Shown here: one piece after another, positions 50,905-62,731 of the stretch
Numbering within the stretch: position 1 is the first letter of the stretch
Layout of the letters: every line of letters begins with the position of its first letter
NCBI GenBank assembly: GCA_038496445.1
Contig: JALMLS010000552.1
Span: forward strand, 62,001-126,000
Length of the DNA stretch: 64,000 nucleotides
Reading direction: 5' to 3'
Source of the DNA: Trichosphaerium sp. ATCC 40318
Lineage: Eukaryota; Protista; Tubulinea
Notes under the pieces: generated by a model
Seen by the model: only the letters and a program-made list of their open reading frames with translations
What the model was told of the DNA's origin: nothing
Database searches by the model: none
Program-made: the position numbers and the translations under genes

Positions 50905-51476
50905 CGATGTTAAATAAAGTGTTGCCTTGATGGATGTTTGTTATTACTGATTGCATGGTATACTTCACCTGGTCCGGCCGTTCAAGTACTTGAAGTTACG
51001 ACACTACTAGAGAAGATATTTCACATCAACTGCAAAGATCCACTAATTGAGCCCCAGCTTCTCAACAGGTTCAATAAGAAGCGAAGTACCAGAACCATCA
51101 TTGTCGAGGGATAATGTCGCCTAAAACTGGGATCCTGAGAGGATGGGGTGACACCGTAAGTGATAGACTGTAGGCAGATAACGCGAAGTAAAAAGCAACA
51201 CAACCAATTAAATGTTCATTTTATCAAGGTGCAAGCACCAATATCGTACCGGGGTACTGCCAAAGTTAAACTATATTTGTGCTTGATGATTCATACAACG
51301 CGTTCAGCTAGTGCTTGTGGTTGTGTAGACGAGAGTACGAATAATAAGTTCTGCTTGTAAGAACTTTAGATAATAAGCTTTCAGTTCAAAAAAAGGTAAA
51401 AGAAAGCTGTTTATTTCGCACACAACTTGTTTCAATTTATGTGTTACTCCTCGATCAGTAGTTAAGATCTGTTATT

Positions 51477-52589
51477 TCACATGACAACACAACTTGTTTT
51501 TTCTGGAGGGTTAAAGTATGGACTATTCGACATCGCTACGAGTATTGCTTCATCGAACGCTACAAAAAGGGAACAGAAAGTTAGTATCACTCATGGCTTT
51601 TTGAAGAAATAAGCCGAATGTAAGACCACTCATGACACATACCTGCTTTTAAACCATCTTGAGTAAGAGCGCTACATTCCACATAAGACATAGCCTTAAT
51701 ACAGATAATCAGTGTGTTGCAGAGTAAAAGACATTAAAAAACTTACACCAATTTCTTTTGCGACCTTTTCACCTTCTTCTCTTGGTATACAATCGTATGG
51801 AGTTCCATCACTCTTTAGTGTTGTTCGTAAATCCATTTTAAGACCTGCAAGAACAATAGGTGTATCTGGGCAATGATGTCGCACTTCTGGTTGCCACTAC
51901 ATGTCATTAATTAATAACACCGAAATAATATAATGTAGAAAAAACAACCTAACAAAGAAAGATCATTGAAGGTTTAGATATACCTTGGAAACAACATTAC
52001 TAAGACTAGTCTTTGATACGACGCTGAAGCATATAAGAAAGACATCAGTTTGCTAAAAAAAATCACGTGAGAAGAAAATCTATTAATAAAAACAAGCTGC
52101 CAAAAAAAAGCGAAACATTCAAAGTAAAATAGTAAGTCTTACAGGATAGCTCAAAGGTCTCAATCTGTCGTAATCCTCAGGACCTGCTGTATCCCATAAA
52201 CCTTGGAAAAAATGTCAGTCACAAGTATGCAGAAAGTTATAAAGTACAAAAAGATACAACGAACCTAATTGGAAAGGCTTGCCCGAAACCATTACATTTG
52301 CGCTAAAAAATAATGTCAATTTTTCTTTTGCACTTTTTTTTCGGTTTTTCTCCAAGCGAGTCGCCTCATTACCTGTAATTATCGAATACTGTCGGTACTA
52401 AGCTAGTATGAGCATCAAAAATGATAAATAAGCCGTACCGTATTCGCTAGGGAAAGCATTGGTTGTATAGCTTATAAGCATGCATGTTTTACCTGAATAA
52501 ACACATATTAGCGTTAACGAGTACCTCTTCGCTGTTTACGACATACCAACTGCTCCATCTCCGTTAACAACGAGTTTGATATTCTGCAT
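51477..52589 (-). CDS. rac: Rac-family Rho GTPase (Q61-equivalent is Pro), multi-exon
   Basis: [66 protein letters not shown] and the CAAX box CVVM. Confidence 0.93.
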
Positions 52590-54478
52590 TACCTGTTTGA
52601 TGTGTTATTGAGTGAATAAGGGCTTTTGAGCGCGTTAGCCTAAAAAGCGAAAATAGTTAAGTTTTCATAATTATCAATTTTAAGTGCCTATGGCATCTTT
52701 TTTATTTTCAAACAAGTAATCTTAAGCACAAATTGCACCTTGTCTCAAAACCGTCTTTAGGTTTCACATGACACTCTCATTTCGCCTAAAAAGCAATTTT
52801 GTTTTTTGCGGTTTTGAAAATTTTCGAGTTTTCTGAGATCCTCAGGTGTAGGATGACGTGTATGTACGAAGTGTACAGTTGACTAGTTAACAGAAGAATA
52901 TTGATATTGTGGTGTACAAATAGCTCAATCTACTGGTTTGTAACACGTGATTTTAAACACCAAAAATACATCGTGTTGTTTTCGCTTTTAATTTATGTTT
53001 ACAAGCCGACACTAGCTTGATGCTTATTTGGCTTTTCCGTGGACGTTTTCGCGTTACTATAGTTTGGTGTTGTGAGTTTGCTCGTGGTAGCGCTTACTTG
53101 TAAATTGTTTACGCACAAGTTTTCTTCTCCGATTAACATCCTGCTAAACAGTAGCGTTTATGGGCACCCATGCAAAATACATAGTATTTTGCTTATCTAG
53201 TGCAGGCAAAATGGCCAAAATCTCAGTCAATCTCTGTCAACAAACTCTTTCGAAACATTGTCACAAAATGACAGCTATCTGACCCTGAACTAGCTCAATA
53301 TTATGTGCTGCGGACGAGCGCATATTCAGTACCTGTGCCTACGTATAACACTGTGCCTTTTCCACCATTCAAACAAACATCTCGCTCATTCTGGAGCGAG
53401 TGTAATTCTCGCATTATCCTACACCCTTGCATTGTAAGAGATGTTGTAACGCTTGTGTAAGTAGTTAAATCTGTTTATTACATGAACGTGTTACAAGGTC
53501 TTTTATGAGCGTTTCTAGTAAGTGAGTGTATCTCGTGGCGTGTGAAACATCCTGAATAGACTTCGAGTGGCTTCGTGAACAAGTTTCGTGATAATAACAT
53601 CCCAATAGACTATAGGCATCGATAATGGTTTACATAGTCTACACGAAGCATCACGGAGCCAATATGTGAACGATTAGTAAAATACAAGAACCTAGAATTA
53701 GCGAATAAGGAAAGAGTTGGAGCGTGAAGCATTCACAGAACAATAACCAATAAGCCATGAATATATAGGTGTAAGCTATCTAAGTGATCACGTGACGCAT
53801 GTATATGACATGCATATACGGTTTTTTAGCTGGAGTGTTCTATCCTGTTGTAGTTCCTTTTTTGCACGCTATTATATATTTGTGCCAAGAGATGAGCGAA
53901 CTGGCGTTAATCAAAGAGAGTACGATCAACCAACCCTAGTTCCTACGAAGGAACTACCTTATTTTTACTACACAAATTATGTTTTAACGTTGAACCGTGC
54001 ACGACCGCTTTTACTGTCAAGTGTTTTGCAAAACTTGGTATATACTTTCGGTCAGATTTTGCCTTGAGTGGAGCACAGCCCGACCAAAAGCCAACCCTAT
54101 TTGCTTGTGTGCTAATTTTAAAAAAACGAAAAGGGTTGCTAACACTCATGTATTGTGAACGTAAAGCTAACTATATCTTAGTATCGGAGGCTGCATTGGA
54201 GGTTGCATAGTTATCACTATTATATTGTTTTCCGGTTTATTTTGGTTGTTTTAGAATTGGAGATCAGACTAATAAACCAGTATTTATCCTTATGCAGCTG
54301 CAGTTGTTTGTTACCAAGGTGGCATATGTTTGTGGTTGTTATTTACACCAACTAAGTTGGCTTGCACCATTACTACGTATTGGTGTTGTTTAAATATTTG
54401 TTCTATAACTTCTTTCTACCATGTGTCTAAATTAAGAAAAAACAAGGAATGTATCAATGGAATGTTTATTTTCTAGTT

Positions 54479-55429
54479 TTAATCCCATCCAAGAATCCAC
54501 AGGCAACAACTATCAAAAGGATCATGGTAAAAGAGGTCTTCACGTAGCTTTTGAATACAAAACACAAAGCTATTAGGATCCACAAGTTTTGTTTCCATTT
54601 CATCATCCAAATGTTCTGCAGCAAGAAATTGATCATCCTTATCAATATTATAGAACCCAGGAAGGCTTAATGCACTAGGACTGCTTTCTACAACATTATG
54701 ATGTATCATATACTTCAAAGAACGAACTGGACTTTTTATCATACATTTCGAACAATAGTTCTTTCCTTCCCATTCATATACAGCATCTCCCAAGCTACAT
54801 GTCACACATACAAGGGGAGTAAACGCTTCCTTGTGGTTAATATGTCTACTGCAAACATGTTTATCATGTACAAGTGCGGCAGCAATGGTACGATAACCAT
54901 CTCCAAACACAGGCCTAGGGACAGAAATACAGTCTTTACAAAAAACACTGTTGGGCCAACACATGTAAATCGCTGAGTCAACTGATAGTTTTTTTATAGC
55001 AGTAATTGGATTGATACCCATACCATATGTTCTAGGTGCTGATAGAGACTCATAAATCGAAGAAAACGAGATAAGGCTTGTTCTTCCATGATTGGAGCAA
55101 AACACTCTGTACTTGCCTCTCTGGACTGATTCAAGTACTTTTAGGTATGTTTCACGGTCAGGGTTGAGTATTTGAAGAAATGCGATTTCTTTAAGCTTAT
55201 CGGGCGTAAAAGTCTGATTGGACGCTATACGGTGATAGATACGTTTGTTTGTAGCTTTTAAAAGCGCTACAGCTGGTGCTTCATCTAATAGCACCGTACT
55301 GACGATTACGTTGAACATATCATTGTTTATGTGGTCTAGGAAAGGATACATCGCTAAGTAGTTGTCTGAGAAACATCGTTTGGCTTTGGTTTTTTTCAGT
55401 TGCATTTCCATGATAGAGTTTGTTCTCAA
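54479..55429 (-). CDS. F-box-like + Cys-rich family, copy 3 (intact, intronless)
   Basis: Close paralogue of 48018..48953. Confidence 0.75.
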   Translation of the reverse strand: MRTNSIMEMQLKKTKAKRCFSDNYLAMYPFLDHINNDMFNVIVSTVLLDEAPAVALLKATNKRIYHRIASNQTFTPDKLKEIAFLQILNPDRETYLKVLESVQRGKYRVFCSNHGRTSLISFSSIYESLSAPRTYGMGINPITAIKKLSVDSAIYMCWPNSVFCKDCISVPRPVFGDGYRTIAAALVHDKHVCSRHINHKEAFTPLVCVTCSLGDAVYEWEGKNYCSKCMIKSPVRSLKYMIHHNVVESSPSALSLPGFYNIDKDDQFLAAEHLDDEMETKLVDPNSFVFCIQKLREDLFYHDPFDSCCLWILGWD

Positions 55430-56052
55430 GGTGTTAAATGCTCGCGGTGAGATGTTTCGAAGTGTTTACCATTGACTTTGCTTGAATTGACGTTAACACG
55501 AGTTTCCCGTCGTAGGTTTACTATTAAATTGAACTTGTTTGTTTTGCGAAATTTTTTCTTATTTTTTTCCCCAGGTGGCCCTGTTGCAGCTTTGGTTTAT
55601 TGCCTGTTTCGAGTTAGTGTATACTCTCTTTCCTATTATACAAGCTATTATAAAGTGACAATGTAAATTGTGGTTTAGTATCTGTCTTATTCAACGTTTT
55701 TTTAAGTGGCATACAAAGTACATCAAGTAACGTTATGCTGCGTCTCAAAACCCTTCCGAATAGACAGATTACATCTGTCTTGTTTCAATTAGTGACTTAA
55801 GCTCCGTAGGTGCATATTACAGATCACCATGAAATACTCGTTGCAGTTTGTCAATGTCACAAGAGCAAGCCCAGTCAAAAGAACAACAGTGTCGCTTAGT
55901 TGCTTGTTTCCGTTTTCTTATCTCTAGTGACTAGCAACACCCAATATATATTTGGCAGTCATAGCATTGAGACCCACACAAGACGTTAACGCACAATTCA
56001 ATGAACAGTTTCCACAACTTTGTGACCAAACAAGTAGTACTATATTTAAATA

Positions 56053-57313
56053 ATGATGGAACCTAGAGATAATTGTTCTATGTGTGGTGTTGGTCTAGCT
56101 CACGCATCTATAAGCGATTGTATTCCATTTGCTCAATGCACAAAGTGCCATGCTTGTATTTGCGGTAAGCATATGCCTGTTTCGCCTACGCCGGCCATAG
56201 AGGTCGATTACGCAGTCGAATCAAAACCACAAACCCATTTCGGACCAAAAACTGCGTACGCGTGTACTCTTACGCATGACATAACGTAAGAAAGGAGTTT
56301 TGCATTACAACGTCGACAGGATGATATAGAACCAACAGAAACGCTTAAAAATACTTGTCTCATTTGCGGAGCAAGCGATACACTATTCGTGCTACGTTTT
56401 AACCGAAAAGAAAATTTAAAACGATGTAAACGTTGCGGAAGGGTATATGATAAACACCATACGTTCGGGTACACTATTTAAACCTCTTTGGCATCCCACG
56501 TTGTACAGATCTTTTCTTTTGTTTAAAAGCCTTCAATCTCCTTTTCACATGGTTTTGTATGGTATTTGCCAAGCGCTATCGCCTATTTTAGCATTTCGCG
56601 TGCAGTTAGACAATAACGTCAAACCGTTTCAAAGAACTTTTTTCTTGAAGGTCACAGCCGCAGAACTTGCTTCATACTACTTTGTTTTTACCTACTCTTA
56701 GATGTTCTCATCACACAGGGATTCTTGAAATACCTTTGGATGAGAATGGTGCTGAAGTATTTGCATCGGGTCTTACAGGTGATTGTTATGATGACACTAT
56801 TTATCCTTGTGCTTATTCTGGTCGTTGGACTTGTTGTGGTGCTTTATCTTCACACAAAACTCTACAAAGTCCTTGGAGAGCTAAGGATAAGTATTTGGCG
56901 GTTACATTTTATGATCCAGATAATGAAATTGGAGTACTACTCTTTTCTTAGGCATATTGCTAACATGCTTTGCCGGTTTTTCATTTCTTAGATTTTTCTC
57001 AAAGTCATTTTATTTTATTGTGACACAGTTCTAGGAATCAGGTTGCGTATTAACTGACCATACAGATGAAGGAGAATTTGGTGTTGAGAGTAAATTACCT
57101 GGTAAGTACTAGTACTCGAAAGTCAGGTTGGGCTGTTTTTTCTAAACTTTTGTAGATGAGTTCAGCGAGCTACCAAAAGACTTTTGGAGAGATCATTCAA
57201 CACATCGTAACTTTGTACCTACATGTAACTGGAATATTGGGACACCGGTAAGGTATCCATCAGGGCCTTGTCCTGAGTCTGTCATTCAAGAAAGAATATT
57301 CAGACATACTTAG
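56053..57313 (+). CDS. Cys-rich multi-exon protein with putative Zn fingers (Btk/CHORD-like H..WxCC..GC..H)
   Basis: Several CxxC pairs; CSHHTG...WTCCG...SGCVLTDH. Confidence 0.45.
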
Positions 57314-57917
57314 TAAAAAATGTAAATTAACGATCGTCTTTACTGTAAAATTATACTATGCAAAGGATTTATATATGTATGTAATTTTCCATGGTACTCT
57401 ATAGAGTTAATATTCTAGAGAAAAGGAATCATGAACCACTTTCATTCTGCTTGTGCTTCTATCAAACCACCTGATCACTATTTACAATATTACAAGTTGG
57501 TTCATTCATTTGCTTGCTCAACCAATCAAAACCCTATGCGCTTTTTTGAGTACTCTGGTATTTTTATAGTACGAAAACCTACGACAGTTTAGTGACTAAC
57601 TCTACTGAGACGGTGACGCGAGGGACTAGACAGAACAAGTAAACGATGGACACGTGTTTGGCAGAATTTTGTACAAGCAAAAGTTCCAGCCAGGCGTAAG
57701 ACCCCCCAAAAGCAACAAGAGAAGGTGATGGGGAGCAACGCGGCGGTGGAGGGCTTTCGTTGACGTTTATTTGTGGTTTTTGGGTTGTTGCACAGAAGGT
57801 GTGCACAAGAAGCGAGAATTACCGACACCTTTAGTCAATAAAGTTCTCGTTTTTCACCGGGTGAGTCGTTTAAGTGAAAGCGAATAAAGACCAAAGGAAA
57901 CAAACAACATTTATTAT

Positions 57918-58113
57918 TGTAGTCTCCTGTTGAAAACGTAAGGGAAAAATATTATTTATTAGGAAAACTCAAGTCTAGAGTAGTCTCCCAGGGTAAAATG
58001 TAGTCTCCTATTGAAAACGTAAGAAAAAACATTTTTATTTAGGAAAATCCAAGTCTAGAGTAGTCTCCCAGGGTAAAATGTAGTCTTCTGTTGAAAGCGT
58101 AAGGGAAAAACAT
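57918..58113. repeat. Tandem repeat, ~80-bp unit x2.4
   Basis: Units begin tgtagtctcct[ga]ttgaaa at 57918, 57999 and 58079. Confidence 0.85.
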
Positions 58114-59519
58114 TACTAAAACCTGATTTTGGTACATGGCTGTGTGGTGATAGAAGGTTGGTTTGACGTTTTTGAAAAACGTTTCACAGAATTTCCTCAG
58201 CTGAGTTACCTTATGTGAAATGATTTACAGAATTGAAAAGACCGGAATAAAATCCTGCTCATTTTCTTCCCCGTGATACCTCATAAAGTCCTTCATTTTT
58301 AGTTGCACAACACTCTTGAACAAACCATTTACCAGAAGTATTATTTTCAACATCTAAAAATTTTGCAATCTAAAAGAAGCAATTAGATGACACGTAAGGC
58401 TGAGTGGTTTAAAGCGTCTCATTGTGATATAACCTAAGGATATTCTGAAGTAGCACTATGATATATGCTGTCAAAGCAAGTCATTCAATAGCGTAGTGTA
58501 ATACATTGTAAAACAACTTCAAGAGAAAAGATTAAAACTGTTTTATACCTCATCACCACTCATTGCTTTTGGCATGTCTAGACAATTTGTATTAATGAAT
58601 AAACAACTATATATGGAGAAAAAATTATACGCAATACTCACCTTGTTTGTTTGCTAATATAAGTACTGGTATATCTTTAAACTCAGGTTGAAAATAGTTG
58701 TTTTCTCTTTCCATTTCTTCTTTTAAATCAGACAACAACTCCTATCAGTTGAGTCACATACATAAATTAAACCAGAAATGCCTGTAACCAGTACTCATTA
58801 ATGAATTGTTACACAATCTGTACTAATTATTGTACCTATCTGAAAGTAATGCTTCCATAAAGGTCGTAACTAAAAATCATTATTAACTTTTTTTTTTTGA
58901 TTTTGTTTTTGTTAGCAATGAGCTGTAAGCTCAACTTCCCAAGTATAACTTTTAGTGTCATACGAGACAATCTTAGAAAATATAAACTCTTTCAAATAAC
59001 TCTAAAACAAAACTATACCGTCAATGTAATTCGTCGTTTTTCCGAACTCTCTGTTCTATTTCTAGATCCAGAAAATGAAAAAAAAATCACGTGCGTTTGT
59101 TCTACTACCTACATAAAGCATAGTTAAAAACATCTTGGTACAAGAAATGCAACAAATAATAAGCCACATACCCGGAAACGTCCAAGACTGAATCACAACA
59201 TTATTATATTCAACGGATTCGATATCAAACGCAACAGTAGGTGTTGAGGTCTTAATTTCTCCAATCTAAATAAAAAATCTTTTATAAATTAACGCGGACG
59301 TTGTCGGTATGTCCCAAGCTCCATCAAAACAATAGAAATACGCGTACTTTAAGCTGTTCCAATATTGTCGTCTTAAAAACAACGTAAGAAGGATAAAAAG
59401 ACTACTAAACGCCTTAATGCACGTTAAAACAGCAATACCTTGCCTGAATCGTACACTCCTTGTATAAATATTCTTTTGGGCGCAGAGTTTCCAAATAGCC
59501 TTGCGTATATGTTTCCCAT
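58113..59519 (-). CDS. Divergent Arf/Arl-family GTPase, multi-exon; 3' end approximate
   Basis: MGN N-terminus; GVYDSGKTTIL; TPTVAFDIESVEY; LRPLWKHYF; ILANKQD; WFVQECCAT.NEGLYE. Confidence 0.8.
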
Positions 59520-60120
59520 TGTATAGTCGATTTTGAGCTTAATAATAAACCGCTATTGATTGTAGGACCGTAGCGTTTTAGAAGAGGCTGTTATGAACTT
59601 AAAATATAGCTACAATAGCCTTGATGCTTCCAGAAGCAGTCGCGGTTGGAATACGAGTCCGTGAAACAACTACGTTGGTATTTCACTGAACTCCCGAAGA
59701 CAATAACTTCTTTTTGTTCAAGTGAACGTGCATTCCTATTTTATTCTTTTAAAATTACAGTTAGTTAAGGTGACACAATTAACAAGCTCAGTATTCTCAT
59801 CTTGCGCACCCTATAGTCCAACACTTGCAAGTCCCATGCAACTAGCCATTAACATAATAAGAATGCTCCAGTACTTTACCACTGTCATACCATTCTTGTT
59901 TCTCTCTACCCATCAATCCATTGATATCACTTTAGTATTGCCAGAAAAGGCTGCATTCCATTTTCCATGTTCATAAGCGATTAAGTGACAGGCATTTTAA
60001 CATAAAATTGATTGCAACTTTTCAGCTAATAACCCGAGACTCAACGGGCTCTTGAGAGTCCAAGACATGTTACACAGAAAAGTAAAATAGCGGCTGACTT
60101 CTTGAATTAACCAAGTGTTT

Positions 60121-60750
60121 TTATTCATTGTTGATAACACCATCATTATATACTGCATCTTTGTCTACATCACCAGAAGCAGTGAAAGACTTGAATCTTC
60201 CATGTTTTTTATCATTTTTATAAAACCCGTCAACCTTTACCTTACCGTCTTCATACCACGCTTTGTATGGCCCATTTTTCTTTCCCTTTTTGAATACTGC
60301 ATCTACTTTAAGTTGTCCAGATGGATACCAAAATTTTAATGATCCATCAATATCATCCTTCAAGTACGAACAACTTCTTTTCTTTTGACCATTTTCATAC
60401 CAAGAAACATACTCTCCGTTTCTTAGATCGTTTTTAAAAACGCTCTTCTCCTCTAAACTGCCATTACTTCTATACCATTGTCTATGTACGCCCGTTTTTC
60501 TTCCTTTCTCGAACGTTGTGGCGCAACGGACCTCAATGAAGGTTTTTCTGAAAATCCCTGATTTTTCGAATTTGTCGTTAAATCTGGATGTAAGTGCGTT
60601 ATTTTTACATAAAACTGGCCAAACGATGTGTGCTTGGTCGTCAGTGTTCGTAATAAGGTAGTGTATCTCTGGTGGGAGGCTCAATAGTAAAGAAGTGCTA
60701 TAAACAGTTAAAACATAACCACCGCGCGTAAGAAAAGGTGTTGAAACCAA
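60121..60750 (-). CDS. F-box-like + MORN-variant repeat protein; start uncertain
   Basis: LLSLPPEIHYLI followed by GEYVSWYENGQ-type repeats. Paralogous to 22872-23498 (shared VWPxLxK..TxRF). Confidence 0.78.
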   Translation of the reverse strand: MVSTPFLTRGGYVLTVYSTSLLLSLPPEIHYLITNTDDQAHIVWPVLCKNNALTSRFNDKFEKSGIFRKTFIEVRCATTFEKGRKTGVHRQWYRSNGSLEEKSVFKNDLRNGEYVSWYENGQKKRSCSYLKDDIDGSLKFWYPSGQLKVDAVFKKGKKNGPYKAWYEDGKVKVDGFYKNDKKHGRFKSFTASGDVDKDAVYNDGVINNE

Positions 60751-62731
60751 TTTAAAGCAATATACTTTATTTTAAAATAAAACTGTGCACGATTAATAAG
60801 TATCGTTGACAGCAATTGATAAACGCTATTTTAACGTTTTAAAGTGTTTTTACATATTCAATGATCAACAACGCTGGACATGGTTTTCAGTACGTACCTT
60901 GGTTCTGCCATTGGAATACAGTAGGTATTAATGTGATGCGATTAGTTTGGCGCTTAAACAAAAAAAAATTGTGCTTAACGCGTAAACGGTTTGGCACGTG
61001 TTTCGACTACAAAAGTATTGAAAAAACACTGGTAGCTTCCGAACTATAGAACATTGGCGAACGCTGTTGTTCCAAACCGATGTCATTTTAGTATTGCTGA
61101 AGGCTTTTTGTGTGAAGAAATATGACAAGTTGAACTGTATTTGAGTTTCACTTTCTAGCCTCTATTCGAGTGCGTTGATATAAGTCCACCCATTGGGCAA
61201 CTAAGAAGGGAAATAATAGCAACCTTGATCGGCTCATTTAAACCACTAGCAATGATCGTTTATTGAAGAACCGAAAATAATACCAACTCAATTGACAAAA
61301 AATCTATTTGATGCAACACCTCTTGAACTCCGTAGTATACAAAAGAAACTGCTAGAGTTCGCATGAAGTAATCATATAGAATCTAAGTCTAAACTCAGAC
61401 CGTCCAAAAGGACACAACACTAGCGGTAACTTGTCACGTGATTCACCAAAAAAAATCAAATAGTTCTGTAGCTTCTTGTTTTTTCGGGGAGCTATTGATT
61501 TGTTTATATATGATGTTTTCTTTGCGCTAGCTACCGATTGTAAACGTCACGCGCTTTTTTTGACGTCATGTAGTTTCGGAAAGCGGACTTTTTAAAAAAC
61601 AGCTACCACCAACGTCAGCTTTGCGTTCGTCTACATTCTACTATTTTTATCGAGATTTCTCCGACAGATGTACTTAAAATGTGTGATCTCGTATCATTTT
61701 TTTCAGAACTCATTCATCCCTCTAAGAACAACAACACATCTCTGTTTATTACATACAAAAGAAATGGAAGCCATAGAGCCTGTAGGCGCATGTTATCAGT
61801 CTCCGAATTACTTTGAAACAAAATCTCAACTAAATCTAAAGCTACGAACAAATACGTACAAGAGTAGGCGTAAGTACCCTTAAACAACCTTTAATCTACG
61901 ATTATAATCAAGAATAAGAATTTATCGAAACTTATTTTTTCTTAGGTCACGTGGATATGCAAGGAAGTAATTGGTTTGAGATGAATACACTAAAACGATC
62001 ATTTTCAATACAAAAAAAAAACAAAACAAAAAAAAGACGTCGGAAGAGGAGTGACAAAATTTTACCTCCAGGTAAGATCGGTTTTACCATTGACTATGAT
62101 TAGTATAAACAACATAAAGTATTTTGAACAAAATTTATTTTCGTGAAGAAGCTTCGTGAAACGTTTTTTTATTTTCATGTTTTTCGTAAAACTCACCAAC
62201 TCATGAATTTGTTAGAGGTTGAGGAATACACAAAGTTCATCAGTAAATACTTATAAAAGTCAAAACATGGCGCAATTTTTCAATCTAAAGTCATATCACG
62301 CGATATGCTAGAGGCCCAACAGTAACCTCTATTTGTACATACAAAAAACCGAGTAAATAAACTTTATCGGAAAATCTACAAGATGTGTAATCTATATTCT
62401 TAGCGAATTCTTAAGAAATGACTCTGTTTAATAGTAAAATGTATATGCCCAGCCATGTATCAGACGCCTATGCGTTGTAGTTTCTTGAATATCTTTTGGA
62501 AGGTACAATAGTACAAGGGCAACTACAGTCAATCTTGATTGTCTTTTTTGCATTTGGCAAATATTCCTACAATGACAGAAAAATGTTATTCTTTTGTGTT
62601 GTATTTCTTTGCACTACCAACCGTTTCTAGTTTAGATCAGCTACACACGGCTGCTATTGACTTAAGTCTACTTAAGTAGCTCATAATTGGCTGTTTATTG
62701 TTAACTATCGCTCTGTTATAATGTCAACAAA

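Noticed and set aside
57918-58113. Possible CRISPR-like array
   Set aside because: The units are repeated whole with no unique spacers, the context is eukaryotic and there are no cas genes.
58389-58450. GGCTGAGTGGTTTAAAGCG resembling a tRNA D-arm
   Set aside because: No anticodon stem or TTC T-arm follows, and it lies within the Arf gene on the opposite strand.
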